64,000 bases of DNA from Heptranchias perlo (lineage: Eukaryota), in assembly GCF_035084215.1 (NCBI RefSeq), contig NC_090363.1, forward strand, positions 2,666,001-2,730,000, given 5' to 3'. The notes beneath the pieces are model-generated. The model was not told where the DNA came from, did not search any database, and saw nothing but the letters and a program-made list of their open reading frames with translations. How positions within the stretch are numbered: the stretch's first letter is position 1; every line of letters begins with the position of its first letter. Position numbers and translations under genes: made by a program. Positions 1-12,400 of this stretch are shown piece after piece.

Positions 1-589
1 ATAATTTCTTTCAACACTTTATTAGTTGTTATGACGTTGGGAATGGGGAAGAAAAAGGTGTTTGACTGACAGTCCAGAATCCTCCAATCAGGTAACAAAG
101 AGTCTGTTTGCTTCCTGATTGGCTGTGGGAAGGCGGGGCATTGTGACGATGGACATGGCGGGTGACCAATGGGGGAACAGCATAGGGGCGGGGCAGTTGG
201 AGGGAGGAAGTCATGTGATGAAGCCTCCAGGAAGAGTTGGCAACCCCGAAGTTTCTATCCCCCCCACCTCCTTTTGATGAAGACCCCCCCCCCCCGGGCC
301 AGTGGTACTGGGATCCCTCCCACCCCAGGCCCTGGTCGTATTTCCATACCCGGGGTCCCAGTTACCTACAGGAGGCAGGCTTATCGTGTGCTAGGCCTCG
401 GCCTGGGTGAAGGGAGAAAGAGGTGGCTGCTTCAAGACTTTTCCTTTCCCTAATTGGGGGGAGGGTCTTTAACAGTTGCACTCTTGATGGTGCTCAGGGA
501 GGCACCGCCTTCAGTTTTCCCACAGGGCTCCTCCCCTCCACTGTCGCCGAAGGCCGTATTCCTGGAGGCACCGCCCTGTCCCCACACTT

Positions 590-1500
590 CCGCCATTGGC
601 TGCCCAACACGTCCATCCTCGCGGTGCCCTGCCCCCCAAAACCCCCGCCATTGGCTGCCCAACACGTCCATCCTCGCAGTGCCCTGCCCCCCAAAACCCC
701 CGCCATTGGCTGCCCAACACGTCCATCCTCGCAGTGCCCTGCCCCCCCCAAAACCCCCGCCATTGGCTGCCCAACACGTCCATCCTCGCGGTGCCCTGCC
801 CCCCCCCAAAACCCCCGCCATTGGCTGCCCAACACGTCCATCCTCGCGGTGCCCTACCCCCCCCCCCCAAAACCCCCACCATTGGCTGCCCAACACGTCC
901 ATCCTCGCAGTGCCCTGCCCCCCCCAAAACCCCCACCATTGGCTGCCCAACACGTCCATCCTCGCAGTGCCCTGCCCCCCAAAACCCCCACCATTGGCTG
1001 CCCAACACGTCAATCCTCGCGGTGCCCTACCCCCCCCCCCAAAACCCCCACCATTGGCTGCCCAACACGTCCACCCTCGCGGTGCCCTGCCCCCCAAAAC
1101 CCCCGCCATTGGCTGCCCAACATGTCCATCCTCGCGGTGCCCTGCCCCCCCAAAACCCCCACCATTGGCTGCCCAACACGTCAATCCTCGCGGTGCCCTA
1201 CCCCCCCCCAAAACCCCCGCCATTGGCTGCCCAACACGTCCACCCTCGCGGTGCCCTGCCCCCCAAAACCCCCGCCATTGGCTGCCCAACACGTCCACCC
1301 TCGCGGTGCCCTGCCCCCCCAAAACCCCCACCATTGGCTGCCCAACACGTCCATCCTCGCGGTGCCCTGCCCCCCAAAACCCCCGCCATTGGCTGCCCAA
1401 CACGTCCATCCTCGCAGTGCCCTGCCCCCCAAAACCCCCGCCATTGGCTGCCCAACATGTCAATCCTTACCAACCCCAACCCCCCCCCCCAACAAATTCG
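590..1500. repeat. About 47-bp C-rich minisatellite (CCATTGGCTGCCCAACACGTCCATCCTCGCGGTGCCCTGCCCCCCAAAACCCCCG)
   Basis: Directly visible tandem array with variable poly-C runs; explains the overlapping Pro/Gly-rich ORFs. Confidence 0.95.
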
Positions 1501-2014
1501 GCCATTGGTCCCCTGACACATCCACCCTCGCGGAGCCCACCCCCACCATTGGTCGGCCAATCAGAAAGCGAAAAGACTACTCGATCGAACGATTCCTGAC
1601 TGTCAGTCAAACGGCACTTTTTCCTCCATCTCCAATATTTTTTATAATTAATAAACGTGCAAAGAAAATTTTAAAAATCACAAACCATTTTGTTTAAAGC
1701 CCCTGTGATTTTTTTTTTCTCCCCCCGGGTTTTTTTTTGCTCGCAGGAGTGTCCTGGAGATTAATCTTCAATTCCTGGAGACTCCAGGCCAATCCTGGAG
1801 GGTTGGCAACCCCCTACATGGATACCAGGCAGGACGGCCCAAGGGGTCCTGAGGCCAGTGGGGAATCCACGTCCGATGAACTCCGATGGGAAGCATTTCG
1901 CACGGAGCTTAACTTCAGCGACTTTGTGAAAACTGCACCCCTGTCATGGAAAAACAGTTTGGTGAACCAATCTTTGGGGCCAACCATGAGCCTCACTCTA
2001 TTTCTGTCTCGTCA

Positions 2015-2266
2015 GGGGGTTGCCAACCCTCCAGGATTGGCCTGGAGTCTCCAGGGATTGAAGATTCACTGCTGTGAACAACCCAAGGAGATAAAATCAT
2101 TACGAAAACTTTTTTTTCTACATTTTCTTCAAACACTTTTGTTTGTTGTAACAATATTGGAGATGGTTTTTGGGGGGTGGGGGAAGGCTGTTTGACTGGG
2201 GTTAGAGGCAGGCGGTCATGTGAGCGAAACCTCCAGGAATACATCCAACCAGAGTTGGCAACCCTT
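2015..2266. mobile_element. Non-autonomous DNA element with GGGTTGCCAAC...GTTGGCAACCC termini
   Basis: Short TIRs; related copies at 1-250, about 470-1813, 26630-26892, 57420-58671 (LINE-interrupted) and possibly 60280-60372. Confidence 0.7.
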
Positions 2267-2320
2267 ATGACTTAATGGTATCCCACACAAGTGATGGGGG
2301 TGTGGCGTGTTTTGACACCA

Positions 2321-2554
2321 TGGGGGTGATTTTAACCCCCAAGAACGGGTGGGTGGGAGTTGAAAATAGTTATTTTTTGGGTCGTGACCGCAACCCGGAT
2401 TTATTTCCGGGTTTAACATCGGTGCAGAAAAGCCCAGGCTTCCCACCGGGAATGGAAAGTCCCAAAATTTTGTGGTTGCGACCCAAAAAAACAACTATTT
2501 TCAACTCCCACCCGCTCCCAACCCACCTGTTCTCGGGGGTTAAAATCACCCCCA
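2321..2554. mobile_element. Palindromic MITE (GGGGTGATTTTAACCCC termini)
   Basis: Long imperfect terminal inverted repeats; second copy in opposite orientation at 28995-29238. Confidence 0.8.
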
Positions 2555-2981
2555 TCAGTCTATTGTTCTAATCACCAATGAACCCCCCCACCCCTGCCAT
2601 TGGGAGTGTGTCCACGTGTGGGAACAAAATTGGGCTCAGCTCCGATGATGCCTGCATTGTCGGATAGCCTCTGACACTTGCTGTGTGGGATCATTCTGTG
2701 CTCTCATTCTCCGACCCACATTCCCATCTACTGGGGGGGTCCTCACCGGCAGCAGAGGCTCACAGTGTTTACCCCGAATATTACCTGTAAAAGAAAAAAA
2801 GAGCTTTCATTTATATAGTGCCTTTCACCACCTCAGGATGTCCCAAAGTGCTTTACTGCCAATGAAGTACTTTTGAAGTGTAGTCTCTGTTGTAATACAG
2901 GAAACGCGGCAGCTAATTGGTGCACAGCAAGATCCCACAAACAGCAATGAGATAATGAGTAGATAATCTGTTTTTAATTAT

Positions 2982-3431
2982 GTCGGAGGGTCAGTACTGA
3001 GGGAGCGCTGCACTGTCGGAGGGTCAGTACCGAGGGAGCGCTGCACTGTCGGAGGGTCAGTACCGAGGGAGCGCTGCACTGTCGGAGGGTCAGTACTGAG
3101 GGAGCGCTGCACTGTCGGAGGGTCAGTACCGAGGGAGCGCCGCACTGTCGGAGGGTCAGTACCGAGGGAGCGCCGCACTGTCGGAGGGTCAGTACCGAGG
3201 GAGCGCTGCACTGTCGGAGGGTCAGTACTGAGGGAGCGCTGCACTGTCGGAGGGTCAGTATTGAGGGAGAGCCGCACTGTCGGAGGGTCAGTACCGAGGG
3301 AGCGCCGCACTGTCGGAGGGTCAGTACTGAGGGAGCGCCGCACTGTCGGAGGGTCAGTACTGAGGGAGCGCTGCACTGTCGGAGGGTCAGTACTAAGGGA
3401 GCGCTGCAGTGTCGGAGGGTCAGTACTGAGG
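2982..3431. repeat. 33-bp SINE-derived tandem array (ACTGAGGGAGCGCTGCACTGTCGGAGGGTCAGT)
   Basis: Visible array; same unit at 6651-7309 and 19903-20600. Confidence 0.95.
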
Positions 3432-3499
3432 GGGGAATGGAGTGTGGGGGGAAGGGGGTGGGTAAAGTAAAGAGGGTGAGGGAGGTTTCTGGTGATTGC

Positions 3500-3683
3500 A
3501 GGAAGCGGATCTCCGCCCTGATCACACGGTTATTCTGAGCTCAGTGTGAAGGATGTGAAACTGAAAGTCTCCGCCCTCCCTCTCCCTCCGTCCCTCCGCC
3601 CTCTCCCTCCGTCCCTCCTCCTCTCCCTCCTCCTCCTCCGGGCCGTTTCCTGATTGGGATCCTGAATATTCCGCTGATAATCG
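3500..3683 (+). promoter_or_regulatory. Putative promoter and non-coding first exon of the butyrophilin-like gene
   Basis: CpG-rich patch with ETS-like GGAAG (3501), IRF/ISRE-like GAAACTGAAAGT (3557-3568) and a strong donor CG|GTGAGT at 3683/3684. The next good acceptor leads into the signal-peptide exon. Start coordinate approximate. Confidence 0.6.
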
Positions 3684-4168
3684 GTGAGTTTTCCGGGTGA
3701 TTGAGCGGGCGGAGGGTCCGGTTCGGTTCACTGAGACCCCCCCCCCAGTCTGGGACGGGCGCGGTTCAGGTCAATGGGGTGGATTCAGCCTCAAAATCAA
3801 GGGGGAAATAGGCCCGGCCCCGGATGGGCGGTTGGACCGGCGCTAAAGTCCAATAACCGGGCCCGGAGCCCGTGTTTAAAGCGGGTCCCGGGTCCCGGGT
3901 CAGTACCTGGAGCAGGATCGGGAGTGGGGAATCCCTATTTTCCCGGGCACTTCCCCTGTTCACACATGGAGGGAGGAGCGGGACCCCCCGGGACCCCCCG
4001 GGACCCCCTCCCTCCCCTGGGAGCAATGGTCCAGTGAGAGCCGGGAATTGGTGCTGGGAGATTCGAGCAGCGACAGGCGGCCCTGGGGAGGGAGCAGAGG
4101 AGGTGGGGGTCAGGAAAATCCTGGCTTCTCCTTCCTCCTGGCAAGGAATTTCACTCAGAGGGAGCAAA

Positions 4169-5520
4169 CACCGGGAATCTGGGCTCTCACCGGGAATCTG
4201 GGCTCTCACCGGGAATCTGGGCTCACACTGGGAATCTGGGCTCACACCGGGAATCTGGGCTCTCACCGGGAATCTGGGCTCACACCGGGAATCTGGGCTC
4301 TCACCGGGAATCTGGGCTCACACTGGGAATCTGGGCTCACACTCCCCACTGTTTACACACCAGGAATCTGGGCTCACACTCCCCACTGTTTACACACCAG
4401 GAATCTGGGCTCACACCGGGAATCTGGGCTCACACCGGGAATCTGGGCTCACACCGGGAATCTGGGCTCTCACTGGGAATCTGGGCTCACACCGGGAATC
4501 TGGGCTCACACCGGGAATCTGGGCTCACACTGGGAATCTGGGCTCACACTCCCCACTGTTTACACACCAGGAATCTGGGCTCACACTCCCCACTGTTTAC
4601 ACACCAGGAATCTGGGCTCACACTCCCCACTGTTTACACACCAGCAATCTGGGCTCACACTCCCCACTGTTTACACACCAGGAATCTGGGCTCACACCGG
4701 GAATCTGGGCTCACACCGGGAATCTGGGCTCACACCAGGAATCTGGGCTCTCACCGGGAATCTGGGCTCACACCGGGAATCTGGGCTCTCACCGGGAATC
4801 TGGGCTCACACCAGGAATCTGGGCTCTCACCGGGAATCTGGGCTCACACCGGGAATCTGGGCTCACACTCCCCACGGTTTACACACCGGGAATCTGGGCT
4901 CACACTCCCCACGGTTTACACACCAGCAATCTGGGCTCACACTCCCCACTGTTTACACACCAGGAATCTGGGCTCACACTCCCCACGGTTTACACACCAG
5001 GAATCTGGGCTCACACTCCCCACTGTTTACACACCAGGAATCTGGGCTCACACTCCCCACTGTTTACACACCAGCAATCTGGGCTCACACTCCCCACGGT
5101 TTACACACCAGCAATCTGGGCTCACACTCCCCACTGTTTACACACCAGGAATCTGGGCTCACACTCCCCACGGTTTACACACCAGCAATCTGGGCTCACA
5201 CTCCCCACTGTTTACACACCAGGAATCTGGGCTCACACTCCCCACGGTTTACACACCAGCAGTCTGGGCTCACACTCCCCACGGTTTACACACCAGGAAT
5301 CTGGGCTCACACTCCCCACGGTTTACACACCAGCAATCTGGGCTCACACTCCCCACTGTTTACACACCAGCAATCTGGGCTCACACTCCCCACGGTTTAC
5401 ACACCAGCAATCTGGGCTCACACTCCCCACTGTTTACACACCAGCAATCTGGGCTCACACTCCCCACTGTTTACACACCAGGAATCTGGGCTCACACTCC
5501 CCACGGTTTACACACCAGGA
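4169..5520. repeat. Compound minisatellite of 19-bp and 37-bp units (GGAATCTGGGCTCACAC core)
   Basis: Visible array that shifts from short to long units along its length. Confidence 0.95.
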
Positions 5521-5634
5521 GTCCCCTCCTCCACTAGTCTGGATCTCCCCCCTGACTGTTCCTGTCAGTACGTCTCATTGATGTAAAGTATCTGATTATA
5601 TTTCAGGATGTTACATTTCACTCTCCCTGGATGT

Positions 5635-6355
5635 CAATATAAACTAAAGGATACAGTTCTAAAGGAACAGAGAGATCTGGGGGTTTATGTACACAGGTTG
5701 AGAAGGCGATTAAAAAAGCATGCGGGATCCTGGGCTTTATAAATAGAGGCACAGAGTACAAAAGAAAGGAGGTTATGATGAACCTTTATAAAACACTGGT
5801 TTACCCACAGCCGGAGTATTGTGTCCAATTCTGGGCACTGCACTTTAGGAAAGATGTGAAAACCTTAGAGAGGGTGCAGAGGAGATTTACTAGAATGATT
5901 CCAGGGATGAGGGACTTTAGTTACGTGGATAGACTGGAGAAGCTGGATTTGTTCTCCTTGGAACAGAGAAGGTTGAGAGGAGATTTGATAGAGGTATTCA
6001 AAATCATGAAGGGTTTGGATAAAGTAAATAAAGAGAAACCGTTCCCATTGGCAGAAGGGTCGAGAACCAGAGGACACAGATTTAAGGTGATTGGCAAAAG
6101 AACCAAAGGCGACATCAGGAAAAACTTTTTTACACAGCGAGTGGTTAGGATCTGGAATGCGCTGCCCGAGGGGGTGGTGGAGGCAGATTCAATCATGGCC
6201 TTCAAAAGGGAACTGGATAAGTACTTGAAAGGAAAAAATTTGCAGGGCTACAGGGAAAGGGAGTGGGACTAGCTGGATGGCTCTTGCAGAGAGCCGACAT
6301 GGACTCGATGGGCCGAATGGCCTCCTTCTGTGCTGTAACCTTTCTATGATTCTAT
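5635..6355 (+). mobile_element. 5'-truncated CR1-type LINE, 3' end
   Basis: LYKTLV.P..EYCVQFW...LERVQRRFTRMIPG...[15 protein letters not shown]...FFTQRVV, ending in a TTCTATGA tail. Confidence 0.93.
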
Positions 6356-6421
6356 GTCGGATAGATGTAAAGTATGTGGTTATATTTCAGGGTGTTACAT
6401 CTCACTGTCCCTGGCCCTCTG

Positions 6422-6485
6422 ATGATGGATGCCCTGGTCTCCCTTACGTTTCTCCAGCTCCAGATTCTTCTTTGGATCTCTCAGG
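6422..6485 (+). CDS. BTN-like signal peptide exon ([21 protein letters not shown])
   Basis: Acceptor tatttcag at 6390, ATG at 6422, hydrophobic leader, donor G|GTAAGA at 6485/6486. Joins in frame to ETLA|QFVV. Confidence 0.85.
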
Positions 6486-9400
6486 GTAAGAAAAAACGAT
6501 TTTATATATTTCATGAATAATAATAACCTGTTTGTCATTTCTTATATTGTCTGATTGAATCAGTAGGTAGCACTACTCTTGACTCTGAATCAGAAGGTCT
6601 AAGCCCCACTCTGTGACTGGAGCCTGTAATCAAGGCAGACATTTCCAGTGCAGTACTGAGGGAGCGCCGCACTGTCGGAGGGTCAGTACTGAGGGAGCGC
6701 TGCACTGTCGGAGGGTCAGTACTGAGGGAGCGCCGCACTGTCGGAGGGTCAGTACTGAGGGAGCGCTGCACTGTCGGAGGGTCAGTACTGAGGGAGCGCT
6801 GCACTGTCGGAGGGTCAGTACTGAGGGAGCGCCGCACTGTCGGAGGGTCAGTACTGAGGGAGAGCTGCACTGTCGGAGGGTCAGTACTGAGGGAGCGCTG
6901 CACTGTCGGAGGGTCAGTACTGAGGGAGCGCTGCACTGTCGGAGGGTCAGTACTGAGGGAGCGCTACACTGTCGGAGGGTCAATACTGAGGGAGCACTGC
7001 ACTGTCGGAGGGTCAGTACTGAGGGAGCGCTGCACTGTTGGATGGTCAGTACTGAGGGAGCGCTGCACTGTCGGAGGGTCAGTACTGAGGGAGCGCTGCA
7101 CAGTCGGAGGGTCAGTACTGAGGGAGCGCTGCAATGTCGGAGGGTCAGTACTGAGGGAGTGCTGCACTGTCGGAGGGTCAATACTGAGGGAGCGCTGCAC
7201 AGTCGGAGGGTCAGTACTGAGGGAGTGCTGCATTGTTGGAGGGTCAGTACTGAGGGAGTGCTGCATTGTTGGAGGGTCAGTACTGAGGGAGTGCTGCATT
7301 GTTGGAGGTGCTGTATTTCGGATGAGATGTTAAATCGAGGCCCCATCTGCCCTCTCAGATGGACGTAAAAGATCCCATTGCACTATTTTGAGGAAGAGCA
7401 CAGGAGTTCTCCCTGGTTTCCTGGTCAATATTTATCCCTCAACCAAATGCTGTGGATGCTGGAAATCTGAAAATAAAACCAGAAAATGCTGTAAACACTC
7501 AGCGGGTCATTGCTGTTTATTGGGGACAGGATGCAGAGGAGATTTGCTAGAATGGACCAGGGAGGAGGGACTTCAGTTACATGGAGAGACTGGAGAAGCT
7601 GGGATTGTTCTCCTTAGAGCAGAGAAAGTTAAGGGGAGATTTGATCGAGGTGTTCAAAATCATGAAGGGTTCTGATAGAGTAAATAAGGAGAAACTGTTT
7701 CCAGTGGCAGAAGGGTCGGTAACCAGAGGACACAGATTTAAGGTAATTGGCAAAAGAACCAGAGGGGCTCTTTGAAAGAGCGATCCAATTAGTCCCACTC
7801 CCCCGCTCTTTCCCCACAGCCCTGAAAATTTGTCCCCTTCAAGTGTTTATCCAATTCCCTTGTGAAAGTTATTATTGAATCTGCTTCCACCGCCCTTTCA
7901 CGCAGCGCATTCCAGATCAGAACAACTCACTGTGTTAAGAGATTTCTCCTCATCTCCCCTCTGGTTCTTTTGCCAATCACCTTAAATCTGTGTCCTCTGG
8001 TTCCCGACCCTTCTGCCAGTGGAAACAGTTTCTCCTTATTTACTGTCAAAACCGTTCATGATTTTGAACACCTCGATCAAATCTCCCCTTAACCTTCTCT
8101 GCTCTAAGGAGAACAATCCCAGCTTCTCCAGTCTCTCCACATAACTGAAGTCCCTCATCCCTGGTACCATTCTAGTAAATCTCTGCTGCACCCTCTCCAA
8201 GGCCTTGACATCCTTCCTAAAGTGTGGTGCCCAGAATTGGACACAATACTCCAGCTGAGGCCTAATCAGTGTTTTATAAAAGTTTAGCATAACTTCCTTG
8301 CTTCTGTACTCTCTGCCTCTATTAATAAAGCCCAGGATCCTGTATGCCTTTTTTAAACAGTCTTCTCAACATATCCTGCCACCTTCAAAGATTTGTGTAC
8401 ATAAACCCCCAGGTCTCTCTGTTCCTGCGCCCTCTGTAAAATTGTACCATTTAGTTTATATTGCCTCTCCTCATTCTTCCTACCAAAATGTATCACTTCA
8501 CACTTTTCTGTGTTAAATTTCATCTGCCATGTGTCTGCCCATTCACCAGTCTGTCAATGTCCTCCTGAAGTCTGTTACTATCCTCCTCAAAGTTTGCAGA
8601 TGACACAAAACTGTGTCATCTGCAGACTTTTAAATTATACCCTGTCTACCCAAGTCCAGGTCATTAATATATATCAAAAAGAGCAGTGGTCCTAATACTG
8701 ACCCCTGGGGGACACCACTGTAAACTTCCCTCCAGTCTGAAAAACAACTGTTCACCACTACTCTCTGCTTTCTGTCCCTGAGCTAATTTTATACCCACGC
8801 TGCCTCTGTCCCTTTAATCCATAGCATTTTTCTAACATGCCTATTATGTGGCACTTTATCAAATGCCTTTTGAAAGTCGATGGACACATCAACCGCACTG
8901 CCCTCATCAACCCTCTCGTTACCTCGTCAAAGAACTCAATCAAGTTAGTCAAACACAGTTTTCCTTTAACAAATCGGTGCTGACCTTCATTTATTAGCCT
9001 GTACTTTTCCAAGTGCCAATTAATTTAGTCCTGGATTATACTGTCAGTAAAAGTTTCCCCACCACCGACGTTAGGCTGACTGGCCTGTAATTGTCGGGTT
9101 TATCCCTCTCCCCTTTTTTGAACGGGGGTGTAACATTTACAATCCTCCAGTCCTCCGGCACCGTCCCCGTATCTAAGGAGGATTGGAAGATTGTGGCCAG
9201 AGCCTCCGCAATTTCCACCCTTACTTCCCTCAGTAACCTGGGATGCGTCCCATCCGGACCGGGTGATTTTCCTACTTTGAGTGCTGCCAATCTTTTAAGA
9301 ACCTCCTCTTTATCTATTTTTATCCTATCCAATTTCTCCACTGCCTCCTCCTTTACCCGCTACACTGGCAGCATCCTCTCTAGTGAAGAAAGATGCGATT

Positions 9401-12400
9401 TATTCATTTAGTGCCTCAGCCATGTCCTCCGCCTCCACAAGAAGGTCTCCTTTTTTGACCCTAATCGGCCCCACGCTTCCTGTGACTACACTTTTACTAT
9501 TTATATGTTTATAAAGGACTTTGAGATTCCCTTTTATGTTAGCCGCTAATCTATTCTCATACTCTCTCTTTGCCCCTCTTATTCCCTTTTTAAAATCTCC
9601 TCTGTACTTTCTGTATTCAGCCTGGTTCACTAATGAATTATGAACCTTACATTTATCATAAGCCTGCTGTATCGGTTTCATTTTAATCTCTATATCTTTA
9701 GTTATCCAGGGAGCTCTAGCTTTGAATGCCCTTCCTTTCCCCCTCATAGGGGTGTGTCTACTCTGTACCTGAACCATCTCCTCCTTGAAGGACCTCCCAT
9801 TGCTCATTTACTGTTTTACCTGCCAATTTTTGATCCCAATCCACCTGGGCAAGATCCCTTTTCAACTCACTGAAATTAGCCCTCCTCCAGTTGTCTATTT
9901 TCATATTTGATTTTTTTCCTTGTCCTTTTCCATAACAACTCTAAACCGAATGATATTGTGATCACTGTTCCCCAAATGCTCCCCCACTGAATCATGCCCC
10001 ACTTCATTCCCCAAAACTGGATCCAGCACTGCTTCCTTCCTGGTTGGGCTGGAAACACACTGATCAAGAAAGTTCTCTTGAACACATTTCATCACTTGCA
10101 CCTCTCTGTAATTTGCCTGCAAATTTGCTCCTCTGTCCTCTTCCCACTATTTGGTGGCCTGTAATGTACACCCAGTAGTGTAATAGCTCCTTTGTTGTTC
10201 CTTAATTCTAACCAAATAGATTCTGTCTTTCACTCCTTAACTACGTCATCCCTTTCCAGTGCTGTAACAGTATCTTTTGATCAATACTGCCACCCGCTCC
10301 TTTTTTTCCTTCCCTATCTTTCCTGAATATCATGAGCCAGGATTATTAAATACCCAATCCTCCCCTTGTTTGAGCCAGGTCTCCATTATTGCCATTATAT
10401 TATAGTCCCATGTGTCTGTTTGAGCCTGCAGCTCACCAACCTTATTTACCCGGCTTTGTTCAATTGCGCACATGCACTCCAAACCCATCTCAGTCTGCCC
10501 CGCATTTCCCCCATCTGATCCCTCCTTGCATCTTTTTTAAGGGAAAATTGGATAAACATTTGAAGCAGAGGAAGACACAGGGCTTTCGGGAGAAAGCGGG
10601 GCAGTGGGATTAGTTTAGCAAAGAGCCAGCACAGACACAATGGGCTGAATGGCCTCCCCTCTGTGCTGTAATCAACAGTGGTTCTGTGGGGCCTTGGCCT
10701 TTCACCTCAACGTAAATTGTCGGAGGTGCCATCTTTCAGATGAGACGTTAAACCGAGGCCCCGTCTGACCTCTTAGGCGGACGTAAAAGATCCCATGGCC
10801 ACTATTTCCAAGAAGAGCAGGGGGGAGTTCTCCCCGGTGTCCTGGGACCAATATTTATCCATCAACCAACATCACAAACAGATTATCTGGTTATTATCTC
10901 ATTGCTGTTTGTGGGATCTTGCTGTGCGCAAATTGGCTGCTGTGTTTCCTACATTACAACAGTGACTACACTTCAAAAAGTACTTCATTGGCTGTGAAGC
11001 ACTTTGGGACGTCCCGAGGTCATGAAAGGGGCTACACAAATGCAGGACTTTCTTTCCTTTTTTCTCTATTTTCTCTCTTTCCCTTTCTCTTTCTCAGTTA
11101 AAATTGGAAATGCTGCTGTAATAACATGAGCGATGAACGATTGATCTCATTTTCTCTCTTACTTTCTTTCTCGTTCTCTTTCTCACTCTCTCTCTCTTTC
11201 TCACTCTCTCGCTCTCTCCCTCTCCCTCTCACTCTCCCTCCCTCTCGCTNNNNNNNNNNNNNNNNNNNNNNNNNNNNNNNNNNNNNNNNNNNNNNNNNNN
11301 NNNNNNNNNNNNNNNNNNNNNNNNNNNNNNNNNNNNNNNNNNNNNNNNNNNNNNNNNNNNNNNNNNNNNNNNNNNNNNNNNNNNNNNNNNNNNNNNNNNN
11401 NNNNTCCCTCTCCCTCCCGCTCCCTCTCCCTCCCGCTCCCTCTCCCTCCCGCTCCCGCTCCCTCCGGCTCCCGCTCCCTCTCCCTCTCGCTCCCGCTCCC
11501 TCTCCCTCCCGCTCGCGCGCCCTCTCCCTCTCGCGCGCCCTCTCCCTCTCCCGCTCGCGCGCCCTCTCCCTCTCCCGCGCCCTCTCCCTCTCCCGCGCCC
11601 TCTCCCTCTCCCGCTCTCGCTCTTGTTCTCCTTTCTCTCCTTCTGACCTCTCTCTTTTTCTTTTGTTAAAATTGGAAATGCTGCTGTAATAACACAAGCG
11701 ATGAACGATTGATCTGATTTNNNNNNNNNNNNNNNNNNNNNNNNNNNNNNNNNNNNNNNNNNNNNNNNNNNNNNNNNNNNNNNNNNNNNNNNNNNNNNNN
11801 NNNNNNNNNNNNNNNNNNNNNNNNNNNNNNNNNNNNNNNNNNNNNNNNNNNNNNNNNNNNNNNNNNNNNNNNNNNNNNNNNNNNNNNNNNNNNNNNNNNN
11901 NNNNNNNNNNNNNNNNNNNNNNNNNNNNNNNNNNNNNNNNNNNNNNNNNNNNNNNNNNNNNNNNNNNNNNNNNNNNNNNNNNNNNNNNNNNNNNNNNNNN
12001 NNNNNNNNNNNNNNNNNNNNNNNNNNNNNNNNNNNNNNNNNNNNNNNNNNNNNNNNNNNNNNNNNNNNNNNNNNNNNNNNNNNNNNNNNNNNNNNNNNNN
12101 NNNNNNNNNNNNNNNNNNNNNNNNNNNNNNNNNNNNNNNNNNNNNNNNNNNNNNNNNNNNNNNNNNNNNNNNNCTCTCTCTTTCTTTTATTAAAATTGGA
12201 AATGCCGCTGGAACGATGACCCATTGACCTGTTCCTCTTATCTCCCGGTTGCTATAGAGACATTGGCTCAGTTTGTGGTGACGGCACCCCCTCACCCCGT
12301 GGTGGCCGTTGTCGGGGAAGATGTGATCCTGGACTGCCAGCTGGTGCCGGCCAGGGCCCCGGAGAACATGGAGGTTCGCTGGCTGAACGTGGCTCTGACC

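Noticed and set aside
423-1697. Long Pro-rich ORFs (424, 381, 337 and 306 aa)
   Set aside because: Open in several frames on both strands because of a stop-poor minisatellite; no splice or domain support.
3872-5586. 569-aa and 512-aa repetitive ORFs
   Set aside because: Translations of the 19/37-bp array within BTN intron 1.
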